This document shows positions 37,141-51,120 of a stretch of 64,000 nucleotides of DNA, in pieces. Each line of letters starts with the position of its first letter. The stretch's first letter is position 1. The DNA comes from Octopus sinensis (taxonomy: Eukaryota), in contig NC_042997.1 of assembly GCF_006345805.1 (NCBI RefSeq), forward strand, positions 76,384,001-76,448,000, given 5' to 3'. Below the pieces are notes generated by a model. It had not been told where the DNA came from and made no database searches. It saw only the letters and a program-made list of their open reading frames with translations. A program made the position numbers and the translations under genes.

Positions 37141-37419
37141 TCCCTCTAACCCAGATTCACATATTGTTTGTTTTTTAATCTAGGTCTACATACAATCCCG
37201 AGAAAAGTTGCAGGTGGTTGTGGGATGTGCTAGAAACAACAGCTAAATCTCCATTTTTGTTTGATTATACTCCACTAGCTATAGTCATTTTTATTAGTCC
37301 ATTAGAATTTTATTGCAATGGAGTCATGTTCCAAAATCTCTGGATTTATTTAGTTCTATACCTACTACAATTGTACCAAAACTCAAATCCCTGTGGCTTG
37401 TACTTTGGGATTTAACTAG

Positions 37420-37720
37420 GTTTGAAAACACATTCAGTTCAAAATGCACAAATTTTTCTGTTTTGCATATCAATATTCACAGCTTGACTGCAAGTTATTA
37501 TTCTAATTTTTTACTCAATTCTGAGTGATTTGTGTTCCAGAAATGTGGACAAAGAAAGATCACAATGAAGATATTTTCAGTATTAAGGGTGCAAATTTTT
37601 TGCAAATCTAGGAATACAAAAGGAAGGGGAGTAGGAATATATATTAGCACTTAGCACCCACTTTCCCTTGACCTAGAGCACTTTAAGTCAGCAGACTGGT
37701 TGGAACTCCTCTAGTTTTAT
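37420..37720 (+). mobile_element. Decayed APE endonuclease fragment (CR1/L2/Jockey-like LINE)
   Basis: Reads FSVLHINIHSL...SE...RNTKGRGVGIYI across frameshifts. Confidence 0.5.
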
Positions 37721-38727
37721 GCCATTTATTCCTGGTAGTACATTTACTTCAATCCTGATTATCAGAAACAATTGGGCTGAAACTCTTCTTTTGAGTTTGT
37801 CCTGTTACATCCTTATAAGCAACAAAATCTCAGTCTTCCAAGTCACCCAAGTAGTTTACTTGTAACTGCCCTGCACCTCTTCAAGCATAAAATAACTCCT
37901 ATAATAGCTGAAGAATCTCAGCTATTCTCGGAAAAGCTATCAAGTTGATGAAGACTTCACCTGGCAAATTATTTTATTTGCTAAAAAAAAGTCAGAAACC
38001 ATGGTCCAGGAAATAGATGGTAAATGTTTTTATTTTTCATTCCCTTGCAGAATTTATCCCTAATTAGTGGTTTGAACTTTAGCTATTCTTTCTAGCATAA
38101 GGGATACCTCTTAATGTGTTTAAATGTACACTGTATTTTATATGAATAATATATAGTCTATTGACTAACTTTTCTATATGCTAGGCCACTGATAGTAAAA
38201 ATTTTTATAATCTTAATTACCCTGATATTATTATGTAAAATGATTTATTTATTTGTATTTACATTTTATAATTATAATATATATATTTTTATATATACAT
38301 ATATATATGATTTATTTTGTATATATATGTGATATTTTTATACCTTCTTATATCCTTTAAAATTTTTTCGTAATGTTGGAAATTTTTTTATTTAGTTACA
38401 TTTTTCCAAGGTTTTTAAATAAGTTTATCTGTCATAGAATTGATTGTCTTATTTTTTTGCTCTTAATCTTTGGTTTTCAGTCAATAGAAAATGTGTAGCC
38501 CTTCTTGGATGAAATCTGAATTTAATTATGGGTTCATTGTTGAATAGTTTTATCAAGATCACCATAACAGTATGCTAGGATGAAGCATTATGAGGCTTCT
38601 ATTTTATATAAAAGTACCCCACTTTTTAGAGCTTACATTGGTTTATCTGTCCGGCTTCTCTTTACTTGGTCCTTAAATCCCTTTCTAAATTTTATTATTT
38701 AATATATAAAATATAATAATATATATA

Positions 38728-39000
38728 GTGGTCATATACTGTCAACTCAATGTGACAGTCCTGTAAGGGAATTACACCACCGCCATTTAGCCCTAGGAAA
38801 TATCAACGTCTCCTGTTGGCTTTGACACATTTTCTGTGTCCTTATATTTGCAAAGGGGAGGCAATCACCTCCACAAGCCAGGACAAGGCACCTGAAGACA
38901 TATGTTTCTGAGTGTATTGCTCATCGTCAGTTCAGGGTAGCCTGCCTCGCTCGCTGAGATGACTGCAACCTCTCTGCAAATATATCATATTATCTGCTCA
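38728..39000 (-). mobile_element. Diverged member of the 352-bp HHR element family
   Basis: On the minus strand it shares CCCTTTGCAAATA, CACAGAAA.TGTGTC, CCT.GGGCTAAA, CCCTTA and ATTGA with 3896-4065. It ends ...CAC|TATATA, 169 nt after the cleavage site. Confidence 0.8.
38891..38936 (-). ncRNA. Canonical minimal type I hammerhead ribozyme
   Basis: Minus strand: CCTGAA-CTGACGA-TGAG caataca CTCA-GAAAC-ATAT-GTC-TTCAGG. The stem III palindrome is ACATATGT. Confidence 0.93.
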
Positions 39001-40946
39001 ATTTAGATATACTATCCCCCCTCTCCCTTACCCTTAATGCCCGACCTCCTTTGTTTTCTATTTTAGCCCCCTTTTAATTGATAATCATAATATAGTTTAA
39101 GTCACCCCTGCCATTTCTCTTTCTGTATATATACCATTATCTTGCTGGTATCTTCTGAGGCATGTTTTTTTTTATGTAGTCATGGTGAATTTATAGTCAC
39201 AGTAAAATAGGGCAAGAATATCTGACATTAATTAATTTATCACCAGCATGGAGAACTTAACTGTCAAATCCCAGTGATATTAATTCTAAGTAGCTGTAGA
39301 ATACCAGCTGCATTGGATCTTTTAATTGTGTTAAGGAGAAAAAGGAATGTAGCTATTTTACCATATCTTGACCCCCATTGTTATTCTCTTCTGCCACTCC
39401 AAATTATAGTAGGCTTTCTGTATTTTCTCCCTAAGTTCATTCTGCTACAATAGTAGCAATAAGCATGTATTTCTTTTATTCTCTAGTTCTGATGAAAAAT
39501 TTGCTAAAAGATTATAATGGAGTATCCTGTATGCTGAAAACCTATATGGTGTTATGCATCCAAGGAAAGTGGGTTATTTCAAACTGATGTAATGCTTGCA
39601 TTGATTGATTAAATGAAGCCGCTTGGAACAGCCATAATGCTCTAATACCTGGACATCCTTGTTACTTATTTGCTTTCTATTCACCTAATTTTGAGCTGTG
39701 TGGACAATACTGGACTGACCTAATTCAACTGAATCTTAATTATTTCTTACACATGCACACATATCAATGACATACTTGCCACCACAGCCAACAACACTCA
39801 CTCTTATACAAGTCATTTGACTCTCCATTTTTCCTAAATTTCTCTAATTATATATCATCCTATGGAACCTTAACTATCTTTAGCATATTTTCTCAGCTAA
39901 AGCCATTATGTATATCTTGATAGAGAGATCAAATATTCTGTTTATATATAGGAATATGTAAAAACACAATCTTCCTGTTTTCTTCTCTTAGATGCAAAAA
40001 CTTACTGTCTTTAGTAAGTTTCTTAAAGCCCTGTAATCTTATTGTCAAAACTGTATGTTTTCAAGACCTAGATAATTTTGACTAAGTACTTTTTGAAAAT
40101 TCACAAAGTTTTTTCTTTCAACTGATGTTTAGCATCAAGATCATCTTTTATTGAGAAATAGTGTATCAAGGGTCACATTATTTATTGTGTTCTTGTGTTT
40201 TAAATAAATAGATTTAACATGAGTTTGGCTGTTATTTATAGCTGATCATGTTTATGATGTAGGAATTCCTTGCTCTCATTCTTGAAGCAGCACAGCTCTT
40301 TCAGTTAAGATTCATTCTAAACTACATGTGGAAGAAAGTTATTTATCTGATTGAAGCAACTCTTTTTTATTTGGAATTCTGAGATTACAAATCTTTATTC
40401 TTCTGAGTTTACAGTTTTTCTATCTAAAAGGAACCTTATGGTATTTGGGCAGCATACTTTCTCATTTGATGTAACTAAGTCAAAGAGAATTGGATGATTT
40501 CCATTATTCCATTAGATAAGATACATAACTTGACTTTCTCTTTTGAGTTGAAGGTTTTAATGTTAGTCAAATGATTGACATTGAGATCATTTTGCTGGAA
40601 AATTCTTACTCTAGCATATCATGTGGAAAACAAAATTGCAATGTAAAATATTAAGAAAAAAGTAACCATGACTTGTTAAACTATTCTTGTGAAGGGTGAG
40701 TTTCTCAGTGAAAAGTAGATTTTCCTGTTGTTGGATTCATATTTCAGTGATGGAGCATGAAATTAATCTTACTTTATTAGTTTTATCATGGGTAAATCTT
40801 AGTGGCATCAATTTTGGTTTGTAGAGAAAATAAATACCATTTTCATACCTTTCTTTGCAAAGTTTTCTTGTGTCTATTTTCTTGTGTCTATTCAAAAGAT
40901 AGCAATTTTTCAATAAAAAAACTGATATAGATGTTGCATTTTCTAG

Positions 40947-41165
40947 GCTGAGATCATTCGAGAAACAGCGAGTCATCTTAAGTTTGAATCAACCTTAGCA
41001 AAGGATGTTGACCAAAATGGTTTTTACGTTGCCCATTATACTGGCTTCATATATCCTCTACAATTTCCACCCCCAAATGACAACAAATCACTTGTGCTTA
41101 CTGTTGGAACCTCGTCTGCTAAAATTACATTATATTTAAGCAAAGACAAATACAAAAAAAATAAG
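40947..41165 (+). CDS. MEGF8: MEGF8 internal coding exon
   Basis: tttctAG...GTATGT splice sites; 219 nt (phase 0-0). Reads AEIIRETASHL...VAHYTGFIYPLQ...KYKKNK, matching the MEGF8 VSIVRST...YRGFIYP segment. Confidence 0.88.
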
Positions 41166-42849
41166 GTATGTGACATTTTTCATGAATAATTTTTATGAGT
41201 TTTAAAATAATAAAATTTAAGTTGCCTTTCATTTAATTTATCATAGTTTTGGATCATTGCTATTATTATTATTATTATTATTGTTGTTGACTTCTACTTT
41301 AAAATAATCTCAAATTTGGAGAAAATTTGAGATTATTTCTATCTCCAAATAAAATTGATCTCCCTGACACTGTTAATTAGCAGTATATCATTCTAACTCC
41401 CAATATTTCTAACATGATTGGAACTGCTGTAAATAATCACCTCTTTCATAACCTGTAATCCTTTTTCCTAATTAGTTCACTTTTAGTAGAGTCAGATGTG
41501 CTAGAAATATATTTTCTTTGTTTTATAGTAAAAGCAAGGCTTTTTCTCTTGACATCGTCAAAACATTTGACACACATAACATAAGAATCATTTACTTAAT
41601 CATAGATAATTAATTTTTTTCTCTCTTGAATTAGAAGTTAGCTCTGGGCTTATTTTACCGCAGTGTGTATCAATAAAACTTTCTTCTACCTTTTTTTTTT
41701 AATAAAATTTAGTGCATTTGAGTTTCTGATTATTTTTCATACACTTCAGAAAATTAATGACATGCTCAGTATTACTTCTCACAATATGGACACCACCTAA
41801 CCTTCTGTCTGCAAATGTCATCCACATACATATGTGAAATTTTTGTATAACATACAGAAAAATAGACTTTGAAAATGTGCTTCAATGCCTCTGTGGAGTG
41901 ATGCTATCAAAACTGAATCCTAGCAAACTTGTTGGGCATGTAAAGACTAGAGAGAAAAGAGTCAAATATGATTTGCTGGGTATGTTTCAATGACATTTTG
42001 ATATTATCTTAAACACAAGTTGCTTGAGCAACTGCCTGGTTATCAAGAATGTTAGCAAACCTGTATGGTTTTTATTTACTAGAAAAAACTAAAATGCGAC
42101 ATATTTGCTAGTTTCATGAAATTAATTGATGGAAAGAATAAATCAATTTTTAATCCTTGATTCTTGACTCGGATGCAACTTCAGTTAATTAAGAATTTTA
42201 CCCCAGTGGTAATGTGTGCATATATTTGTGTGCACTGTGTTTGCATACATTAATGGTATTTTGTGCATTCAGATATACATATATGCACTTACTTTTATAA
42301 ATATATTGAATAATTTTATTTAAATTAAGTAATTAAATATATATTCAAAAATATATACTGGAATGTTTCTTATTTCTTTTTCTATTTTCTTTGCACAGTT
42401 TTTTGTTGTTTTACTGCTGTTCAATATTGATTGGATAGATCTATCATTAAATGCATTCTAGCAAAGACCACATTGTCTCTTTTGGGGATTATTAGGACTA
42501 CATTATCAAATGTGTTCTTGTCCTTTTTAAGACAGTTGGGTGTGATTTGATTACTTAGTCATTTCTGCATGCATTTCCTATTTTCTTCCTAGTTATATTT
42601 TTGTCTATATTGACTTTTTTGTTTAAATTGTATAAGTTAGCTTATTTATAATATTAATTTATTCATTATGATGTCACATATTAAGAGCAGTTGCATTGTT
42701 TATTCATCATAAAAAAAAAAAATCAATGTTAGCAACTTAATAATTACATTTGATTTTTTTTTTATTATAGAAATTATTTTGGCAAATTTTCAAACTATTT
42801 TCTAAAGTTATCTTATTTTTTAAAAACTTTTCGGCTCCATCTTTTTCAG

Positions 42850-43377
42850 GAGAAAGTAACTGGTAGTGGTGATCGATATGAAAAATCTGTTGCTTACAAA
42901 GCTAGACGAATTGGTGATTCAAGGCTTTTTACAAATAGAAGTAGAGGTGCAAAATATTATGTTGATCTTGAAGCACAGCTCAACATTACTACATCACAAA
43001 ATAGTGTCACTGAATTCAAGTCAACCATTGACATTACTTGGAATAATATACGACAGAAAAAGAACAATCTCCGTCAAAAAAATGAAGTTGATGAACAAGC
43101 TCTTACTTATGAGTTCCTTCAGCCTTATTATGAAGGAAATTGTGATCAGCATTATAATTGCCTTGGTTGTCTGTCAGACAATGCTTGTGGATGGTGTGTA
43201 GAGACTAGAAGTTGTGTATTAAGAGATGAAAATTACACTGAAATATCAAATAACAAATTTACTGACAATGAAATTAAAGACAAATGCAAAGGAGATATGG
43301 CTCATCATCTGTTAATAACCAATATAGCAGAGTGTCCTGTTTGTAGTGATTATGTCAGTTGTTCGGATTGTTCTGCT
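42850..43377 (+). CDS. MEGF8: MEGF8 internal coding exon (PSI domain)
   Basis: ttttcAG...GTAAGT splice sites; 528 nt, no stops. Reads EKVTGSG...YEFLQPYYEGNCDQHYNCLGCLSDNACGWCVETRSC...ECPVCSDYVSCSDCSA, matching MEGF8 FLEPY...C...SCLGCLADQGCGWC. Confidence 0.92.
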
Positions 43378-43959
43378 GTAAGTAGTGAAGCATTCTACCT
43401 TGTATTATTTTTAAATTCATTTATTAAGTCTCCATACTTGTCTATCTTCTATAAATTACTAAACTCTTCTTTTATCCTATACTTTAGTTTGGAAATATGT
43501 GTTTATGTACCAGTTTATTTTTTATTAAGAAAATTGCAATTTTTAACATAGCACTAGTTATTAGACCACTCTAAAATTTGTTATTTGTTTCCTTTCTTGA
43601 ATACATTGGTATCACTTATATTGGAAAGCAGCAGTTGGTTTCATAGTTAAACTCAGTTGCTTTGTATTACACTTATTTGTCTAGAGCTGCGGACTTAGAT
43701 GATTGGTTATCCCTCACTAGTATATTACTGTTCATCCTTAAGAAAATTGATTCTCAAATGACTAAGTCTACTTTGTAATAAATAGATAGCATAAGAGGAT
43801 GCTGCCCCTTATAGTAAATAGTGAGGCAATTAGTGATTGCCTCAATGTTATTCACTTGTATTGCTGAATTACAATCCTTCTATAGCCCTGGTTTAATGTG
43901 GAGTAAGCTTGATATATTACATTTGGTACATTCCATGAAGATATTTTCTGGCAGCTAGG

Positions 43960-44280
43960 TGCAGGCATGGCTACTAGGTGCTCACATGGTTCTGTGGTCA
44001 GCAGTTTCCTTCCCAATTGCATGGTTCCAGGTTCAGTTCCAGTGTGTGGCACCTTGGGCAAGTGTCATGTATTATCACCTGAGGCTGACCAAAGCCTTGG
44101 GAGCAAATAGCATCAACATTTAATTACTGAAAAAATTCTTTTATTCTTTTACTTGTTTCAGTCGTTTGACTGCTGCCAAACTGGAGCTCAACCTTAAAAT
44201 CAACCCCAAAACTTATTCTTTGGTATGGAAACATAAACACACCAGCATTGGTTGTCAAGCAAGGGGCCAAATGCAGAAAC
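43960..44280. mobile_element. tRNA-SINE head (+) abutting a SINE tail (-)
   Basis: GGCACCTTGGGCAAGTG core at ~44048. TTTACTTGTTTCAGTC.TTTGACTGC tail at ~44145. Confidence 0.7.
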
Positions 44281-44999
44281 GCACACAAATATATATATAT
44301 ATATATATATATATCTAAACATATAAATTTGACATGGGCAATTCTTTCTTGTCTTGGGATTCATGGTCAAATGGCTGGGTGGAATTGTGCAAAAAATTGC
44401 ACAGATGTGCAGAATGATCCAGTGGTGATGCTGGGCTTTGTATTTTTCTACCGAGATAATCTACTATAATAATATTTTTGTGTTTATGAATGAGAAAGGA
44501 AGGGGTGATAGATGAATAAGGAAGGAAGGGGTGACGTCATACTTGGTACTTGAAAATTGTGCACTGAAAAATTAAATCAAACAGCGTTTCAACTCTGTGT
44601 GAATATATGTGTGTGTATGTAAAAGGAAAGCATGTGAATATGTGTGTGCGTGCACGCATGTGTGTTTGTGTGTGTGTGTGTTTGCGCGTGTGTGCGCACG
44701 ATGGAAGTGGGATGGTTCAGCTTTCTTAGCTTAGTATTTGGGTTTATTTTTTTGATTTGGTTGAATCTTGATTGTTTCTTTTGTTGGTCAGTTGTTATTT
44801 TTAGCGTTTTGACAGGAAAAGTCATTCTAAAATTGTTTTTTAACGTAAGTGTGCCCAAAGAAGTTGAATGCTTACACAGAGCAGGTTTTACAGCCACATC
44901 ATCCAAACTGACTGTGTGAAACCAGGCTTAGCTGCTAGTGTATATGTGTGTGTTAGTTAGTTGGTTAGTTAATTTTTGGCTCAAAAAGCAAAAAGCAAG

Positions 45000-45210
45000 G
45001 CCATGTAGGGGGACATGGAGTTATGTACAGGGCGGTGTTCATGTAAAGAGTTCAGGCCACTTGAGGTCAAGGGAGACTTTGAACAAAGCGGTCGTCGGCA
45101 TCTTCACCATCTCGTCTGGCAGCTTGTTCCACGGATCTGCAACCCGGATTGAGATGAAATCGTCGCAGATAGAACTTTTCAGAATGACCCCGCAGCCGAC
45201 GCTCTGGTGT
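45000..45210 (-). mobile_element. CR1/L2-type LINE 3' fragment
   Basis: Minus strand reads LRGHSEKF...(frameshift)...FISIRVADPWNKLPDEMVKMPTTALFKVSLDLKW. Confidence 0.75.
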
Positions 45211-47263
45211 GTGTGTGTATACAAGTGAGTAGACAAAAAAAAAGAAGGGCACTCAACACATTTATTGTATCAACAATTAGTACAGATCAAAACAGTTTGA
45301 TTCAGACTCCTTGGTACTCTGAGTTCCAAGTGTGTGGCTAGCCTTCGACATTGGGGTTTGAGGAATTCAGGCTTAGAATGTCTAGAAAGAAGAAAACAGT
45401 AAACTAAAAGAAATGGATGTACTTGTTCTCATTGACAATGAGAAGTTGCTTAACGAAAAATATGCCTGCTATTTGGACTCAACAAAGATGATAATTGTAG
45501 AACTTGGGCAGTTTTCAAATCAATTAAGACAATGAAGAGACTGTAATTTCAAGACATCTTACTGAATGTTGAAAGCACTTTTGAGAGGAGTATAAAGTAC
45601 CAGTGATTTTATAATGCAAAATGTATAACATCATTATTAACTGCTCAAGACAAAGAAAATGACTAAGGAATTCAACTATTTACTATTAAGAAAGTACCAA
45701 TAATTCTAGTTTAGGGTGGAAGTTAGCTACCTAAAATGTTTTAAATTAGAAGGAGCTGTACAGTTACACATGCTATATTTTTTATGAACACTTCAAAAGA
45801 AAATAGTTCTTGTATTTATTGACATTGAAACGAATTTTGACAGTGTTCCATGCTGTGTAGTTGATGGAAAATGAGATAAACAAAAAAAAAAGAAAATAAA
45901 AGAAAAAAGAAAGAAAACAGTGTAAATTATGTGTAAACAGTAGGATTTAAAGAATCTAGTGATGGTCTGTGTCAACAATTATTATGTATAAACAGTTAAA
46001 GTGATGGAATTAAATGATATCCACTGAGAAAGAAGAACACTTACTGCAAAGTAATGTTTTCTGATGATAGTGGGTGGGGAGAAAAATGTTTTCTAACGAT
46101 AGTGGGTAGGGAGAAAAATAGTGTAGACTAAGGGATGGGATAAAAAGGACATAGTTAACTATTAGGGAGAAGAAAACAATAAAAAGCAGAAGACAATCAT
46201 TGTGAGCACTGGTATGTATGAAAACTAGTAAAAGCAAGGAAAAAGATCAGAAGGGACAAAAACTGGGGCGAGGGGGGGGCATTGATAATTTCAAATAGTG
46301 AAGAAGGGTGGGGAAAAGAGAAAATATAACAAAACAAAGTTGTACAATTGTAAATATATTAAAGAGGAAGGAAGTTGATTATGAGAAGTTCTACGATGTT
46401 TTTCTCTGCACTTGTTTGTGTAGATTTAGCCATGGTGTAAGAAACCCCTGTAAACTGAAGAACAGTTCTATTCCTGGAAGATTGAAATGTGCAGTCCAGT
46501 TATTTGTTTGGAGAGTTCATGGTGTTATTTCAAAAGCAGAATATGTGCATGCTCAAGTTACCACCCTGATGATAACTGGTTTCATCCTCATAAAAATTTA
46601 CAAGATTTACAAGTCATGCAAAAGATGGTTGGTCAGAGTTTGTTAAAATGGTCAATGACTTGAAATTCGCATTCTGGGCTATTTATAAAAGTACTGCTGG
46701 AAATTAAATGACTGGTGCAGCATATAGAATTGGAATATTTTCAGTTGTTGTTGATTAGGTGGAATAGAGCTTCTGAGGAAGAAGAGATTGCTTATGTTAT
46801 CTCTTTTGAAGGAGGTTGGGAAAGTTAGAAGTAGTTTGAAGAAAGGAAATGAAATTTACAGAGTATGATTCATTGAATAAGCAGAACTAAGAGATAGATA
46901 GCAAAAAAAAAAAACATATCTGGGTCGCATCTGTTGGCTACTTCATGAAAACTTCAGCCACATTTTCTATGATATATATTTCATTGTCTTAAGATAAACC
47001 TTGCATGTGTAACTTTTTACCAGACCCCACCTTTTTATATTAAATTCTGTTAGCTGTTTTTTTTTTTTATCTCTGTTGCATTCACTCATCCCCCTCCAAC
47101 CACTTCTGCTACATTCTGTTGTATTGGCTGAAAAGCTTTTCCTGACAGCTAGTGCTATGAAGTCAATCTTATTTTGAGATCTCACACTCAACCCCACTTT
47201 CCACATCCTAAGTGATATATCATCATCATCATTTTAATGTCTGTTTTCCATACTGGCATAAAA

Positions 47264-50200
47264 AATATGGAGATTGGTACATTATCAAAATTTATTTTCT
47301 TTTAATTTTACAGTTGGTCATACAGCATAATTATTTGGTTACAATGACCAACAAGTGTTTATGCTGCCCAGAGCATGTGCAGTTGCACAAGCAACCCAGC
47401 ATAATTTTCTGTGCACTTTTGTTCAGGGCTCTTCAGTAAGCGTGGTTCAAAATGAACTGAGTTGATTTATTTACATGTGCCTAATTTTAGATACCAAGTG
47501 AATTGATGGGGGATATGTTGAAGTCTGATATGGCTACAAAATTTATATTTAGAACAACCTCTACTTAACACTAATGCAGAGCAGAAAACGGGGGATTAAT
47601 CTATGTTGAATTAGGTCAAATCATATCTAGACATTCTAACGTGGTTTTTCCTAGGGTTAAAGGAGATTGAAAAGAATTGTAGTTAAACTTAGTTATGTTG
47701 ATAGAGTTTCATCAATAAATTTTATATTTGTGCACTTTGTAGTTGAGTTTTGGTGTTATAGGTTTCCATAACTGTACATGTACCTGTCTCCCTATTCCTT
47801 ATAATAGTTTGAAATCTCAACTCCTGATAGTATTCATAATCCAGGGAAGTGAACCTGAAGTTATCCATCAGAAGAACTACAGCAGGAGTGCTAATACTCA
47901 GTGATCATTGAAACTTAGTACTACTTGATGCAGTTAGTCATAACTTGGAGTATATCTGCGAGGTACAATAATACCCGCTTGGATAATTTTTAATTCTTAT
48001 TATTAATTCTTGCATTATAAGCTACTAAAGTAGTCTACCATAATATGGAGAAACTTACATATGTTGTCACCCTGAAAAATATTTAAAAGATCTCATCAAA
48101 AATACCAATTCCTTTATATGCCACATGAAGTGGTGCACATACCATTTTGATTGGGAAGAAGAGAGAAGACACAACACCACAAATGATGAGATAATGCAGC
48201 ATCTATTTAGAACTTGGAAATTTGCACCACCAAATCTGAAACTAGTAAGGTTTGGGGACAAACTTTGGAATATAATAAAGAACATTAGATTCCACAAATT
48301 CCCCTTGGGAAGGAACCTAAGGAAGTTATTCATACTAGTGAAGGAACCCAAAAAGTAAACTAGAATGCATGTGGGCAAAACTGGTAACTTGTACCTCTTA
48401 GAATTCATCTTATACCACTCTTTGCTTAATAAAAAAATACTAAAAAACTATAAAATAACTTATGTTGATAAAATAACTAACCTAGATTTACAGGCTAAAA
48501 AAATTATTGAAAAATTTAAATTAAAGTACAGGACTGAACCATACCTGCCCAGAACCACTCATATAACACTGAAAGACCATAGTCCTAACTTCACTACTAA
48601 CCCTTCTGTAGGACTGATGTGCCCATCAAAATCTGATTTAGGTAAGATTAACAAACACATTATTGATAAATACATACCCACACCTTAGAACACCATAAAA
48701 CTTAATCTCTGGTCTAGCTCATATGAAGTAATTGATAGGTTCAGTAGAATAGGTAACAAAAAAACAAACAAAATTCATCCAACTAGATATCTCTAACTAC
48801 TATGCCTCCATTAACCCCATTCTTCTCAACAAAGCATTACGTTTTGCTATGAAAAACTCTAATCTGTCCAAATAGATGTCATATTAGCAGCTAGGAAATC
48901 TATTACAAAATTTGAGGGAAAGTACTGGGTTAGAAAGGATAGGCCAAATATGTTTGATATTACCATGGGATCTAGTGACTCCATTCAGACGACTGACCTA
49001 ATAGAGATATACATCTTATTCTGCATCAATAGCTTTATACAAAGCTACTAACGTTAAAATAGAAAACATAGGAAAAATTCAAGTTCCTCAAAGGTTTAGG
49101 ATTATCTGTCTCTGTAGAGGAAGAGCATACTGTAGTTAAATTCTTAGACATTACATTAGATCTGAGTATAGGTTTTATTTAAACTGTACCATAAACCTAA
49201 TGAAAGCTTAAAATCATCAACTTTAATAGTAATCACTCCAACAGTGTAACTGGATCCATAGTCAATAACATTTCCACCTGCATATCTAGACTGTCAGCTA
49301 ATGAAGAAATATCTAAAATTAATGAGAGATACTATAATAATACATTAGCTCCACGTAAAATGCACCCATGCCGGTGCCACATAAAAGCACCCATGTTGGT
49401 GCCATGTAAAAGCGCATGTGTTGATGCTGCATAAAAGTACTCAGTACTTGCTGTAAAGTGGTTGTCATTAGGAAGGGCATCCAACTGTAGAAACCATGCC
49501 AAAACAGATATGGAACCCACACAGGTCTTCAGCTGGCCAGCTCCTGTCAAACCATCCAGTGTATGTCAGCATGGAAAATGGATGTTAGATGATGATGATG
49601 ATGAAGTCATAACAGCACACAATGCTAGGAGACTATCTAGTTTCCAGAGAGCTGGTGATAATAATGAGATAGATAAGGGAAATTACTTTAATAGCAGGCA
49701 TAATAATAGCAGTAACCAAGAATAGAGGGCCAGAATATTTTGTAGACAGCAGGGTTGATCACAAACACTACAATTAAATACAACCAGGGAGAAGATAGCT
49801 CAAGAGTAGCGAGTAGTGCAGGGGGATGCAACGCAACACCCACAACCTCTATCCCAACTGGAGCAGATCAAGGGACTGCTAGAAATAGCAGTATGGAAAC
49901 CCTAGACAATAACCAGAATACAAATAATAGTAGACCATTAGATATACAAACACTGAGGAGATGTAATATGAGCACCACTAACATAGGTAATGATAACAAG
50001 GATAGAAATCTTTGTAATTGTGGAACAAATAAAATTTTCCTTCTTCTATATATAGGTTGAGTCTTGACAAGCTTTAATTTGACTGGCAAATTATGTAAAT
50101 TCATTTTAGGATAAAAATAAGATGAATAGCATGAGCTTGCAAGTTAATCCAGTCCCTCAAAGACAGGAACACTAACTTTAGTATAGAATGGGATAAAATT

Positions 50201-51120
50201 AGTACAGCTACTTCATATAGAACAGAGGGAAAGAGATGTGATCTGTGCATAAAAGAAATGTACTAGATTCTTACATCCAAACATAAATTACTTAATAGTA
50301 GACAAGAACAGGCCTTCAGATATTTATACATGCATGGGAAAACCATTTTCATGCAGATATCGGGTAATTTGATATCATAGTGACAAATTAAGGTATCGAA
50401 ATCTATAAATAACACTAAAACTCAATTAAACAGTGTAAAACTATAAGTTATATTGATGAAATCCTATCAAAGTAACTAATTTTAACAGCATTTCTTTTCA
50501 ATCACCTTTAACTCTAGGAAAAACCGTGTTAGAATGCCTAGATATGATTTAACCTAAATTCAACATAGATTAAACCCCTGCTTTCCACTCTGCACTGGTA
50601 TTAAGTAGAGGTCATTCTAGATATAATTTTGGTAGCTGTATCAGATTTCAACATATCCCCCATCACTTCACTTGGTATCTAAAATTAGGCACATGTAAAT
50701 AAATCAACTGAGTTTGTTTTGAACCACACCTGCTGAAGGACCTTGAATGAAGGTGCACAAAAGATCATACTGGGTTGCTTGTGCAACTGCACATACTCTG
50801 TGCAACTGCACATGCTCTGTGCAACTGCACATACTCTGTGCAACATAAACACATGTTGGTCATTGCAACCAAATAATTATGCTGTATGACTGACTGTAAA
50901 ATTAGATTTTGATGATGTACCTATCTCCATATTCTTTAGAATTATCTGAAATCTACACTCCTGATATTATTCATAATCCAGGGAAACTAACCTGTAGTTA
51001 CCCATTGGAAGGATTACAGTGAGATTGCTAATACTTACTGATCATTGCTACTTAGTACTGCTTAGCTGTAACCTGGAATATACCAGAGAGCTACCATAGT
51101 ACCCACCTGGATAATCTTAT
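47264..51120 (+). mobile_element. Near-complete decayed Naiad-like PLE with inverted and direct terminal repeats
   Basis: RT: ITLKDHSPNF...LMCPSKSDLGKINK...FIQLDIS...FDITMGS. Thumb: YHKPN...SNH. Endonuclease: FSIEWDKI...CDLCIKE...SCRY. Inverted repeats at 47264-47677/50491-50933; direct repeats at 47812-47990/50948-51119. Confidence 0.8.
49320..49605 (+). mobile_element. RTE 3'-end/SINE insertion within the PLE
   Basis: TAAAAGCACCC repeats, GTCATTAGGAAGGGCATCCAAC and a (GAT)n tail. Confidence 0.8.

Noticed and set aside
42866-43201. ORF-track 111-aa protein
   Set aside because: It is an out-of-frame reading of the MEGF8 exon. The true frame starts at 42850.
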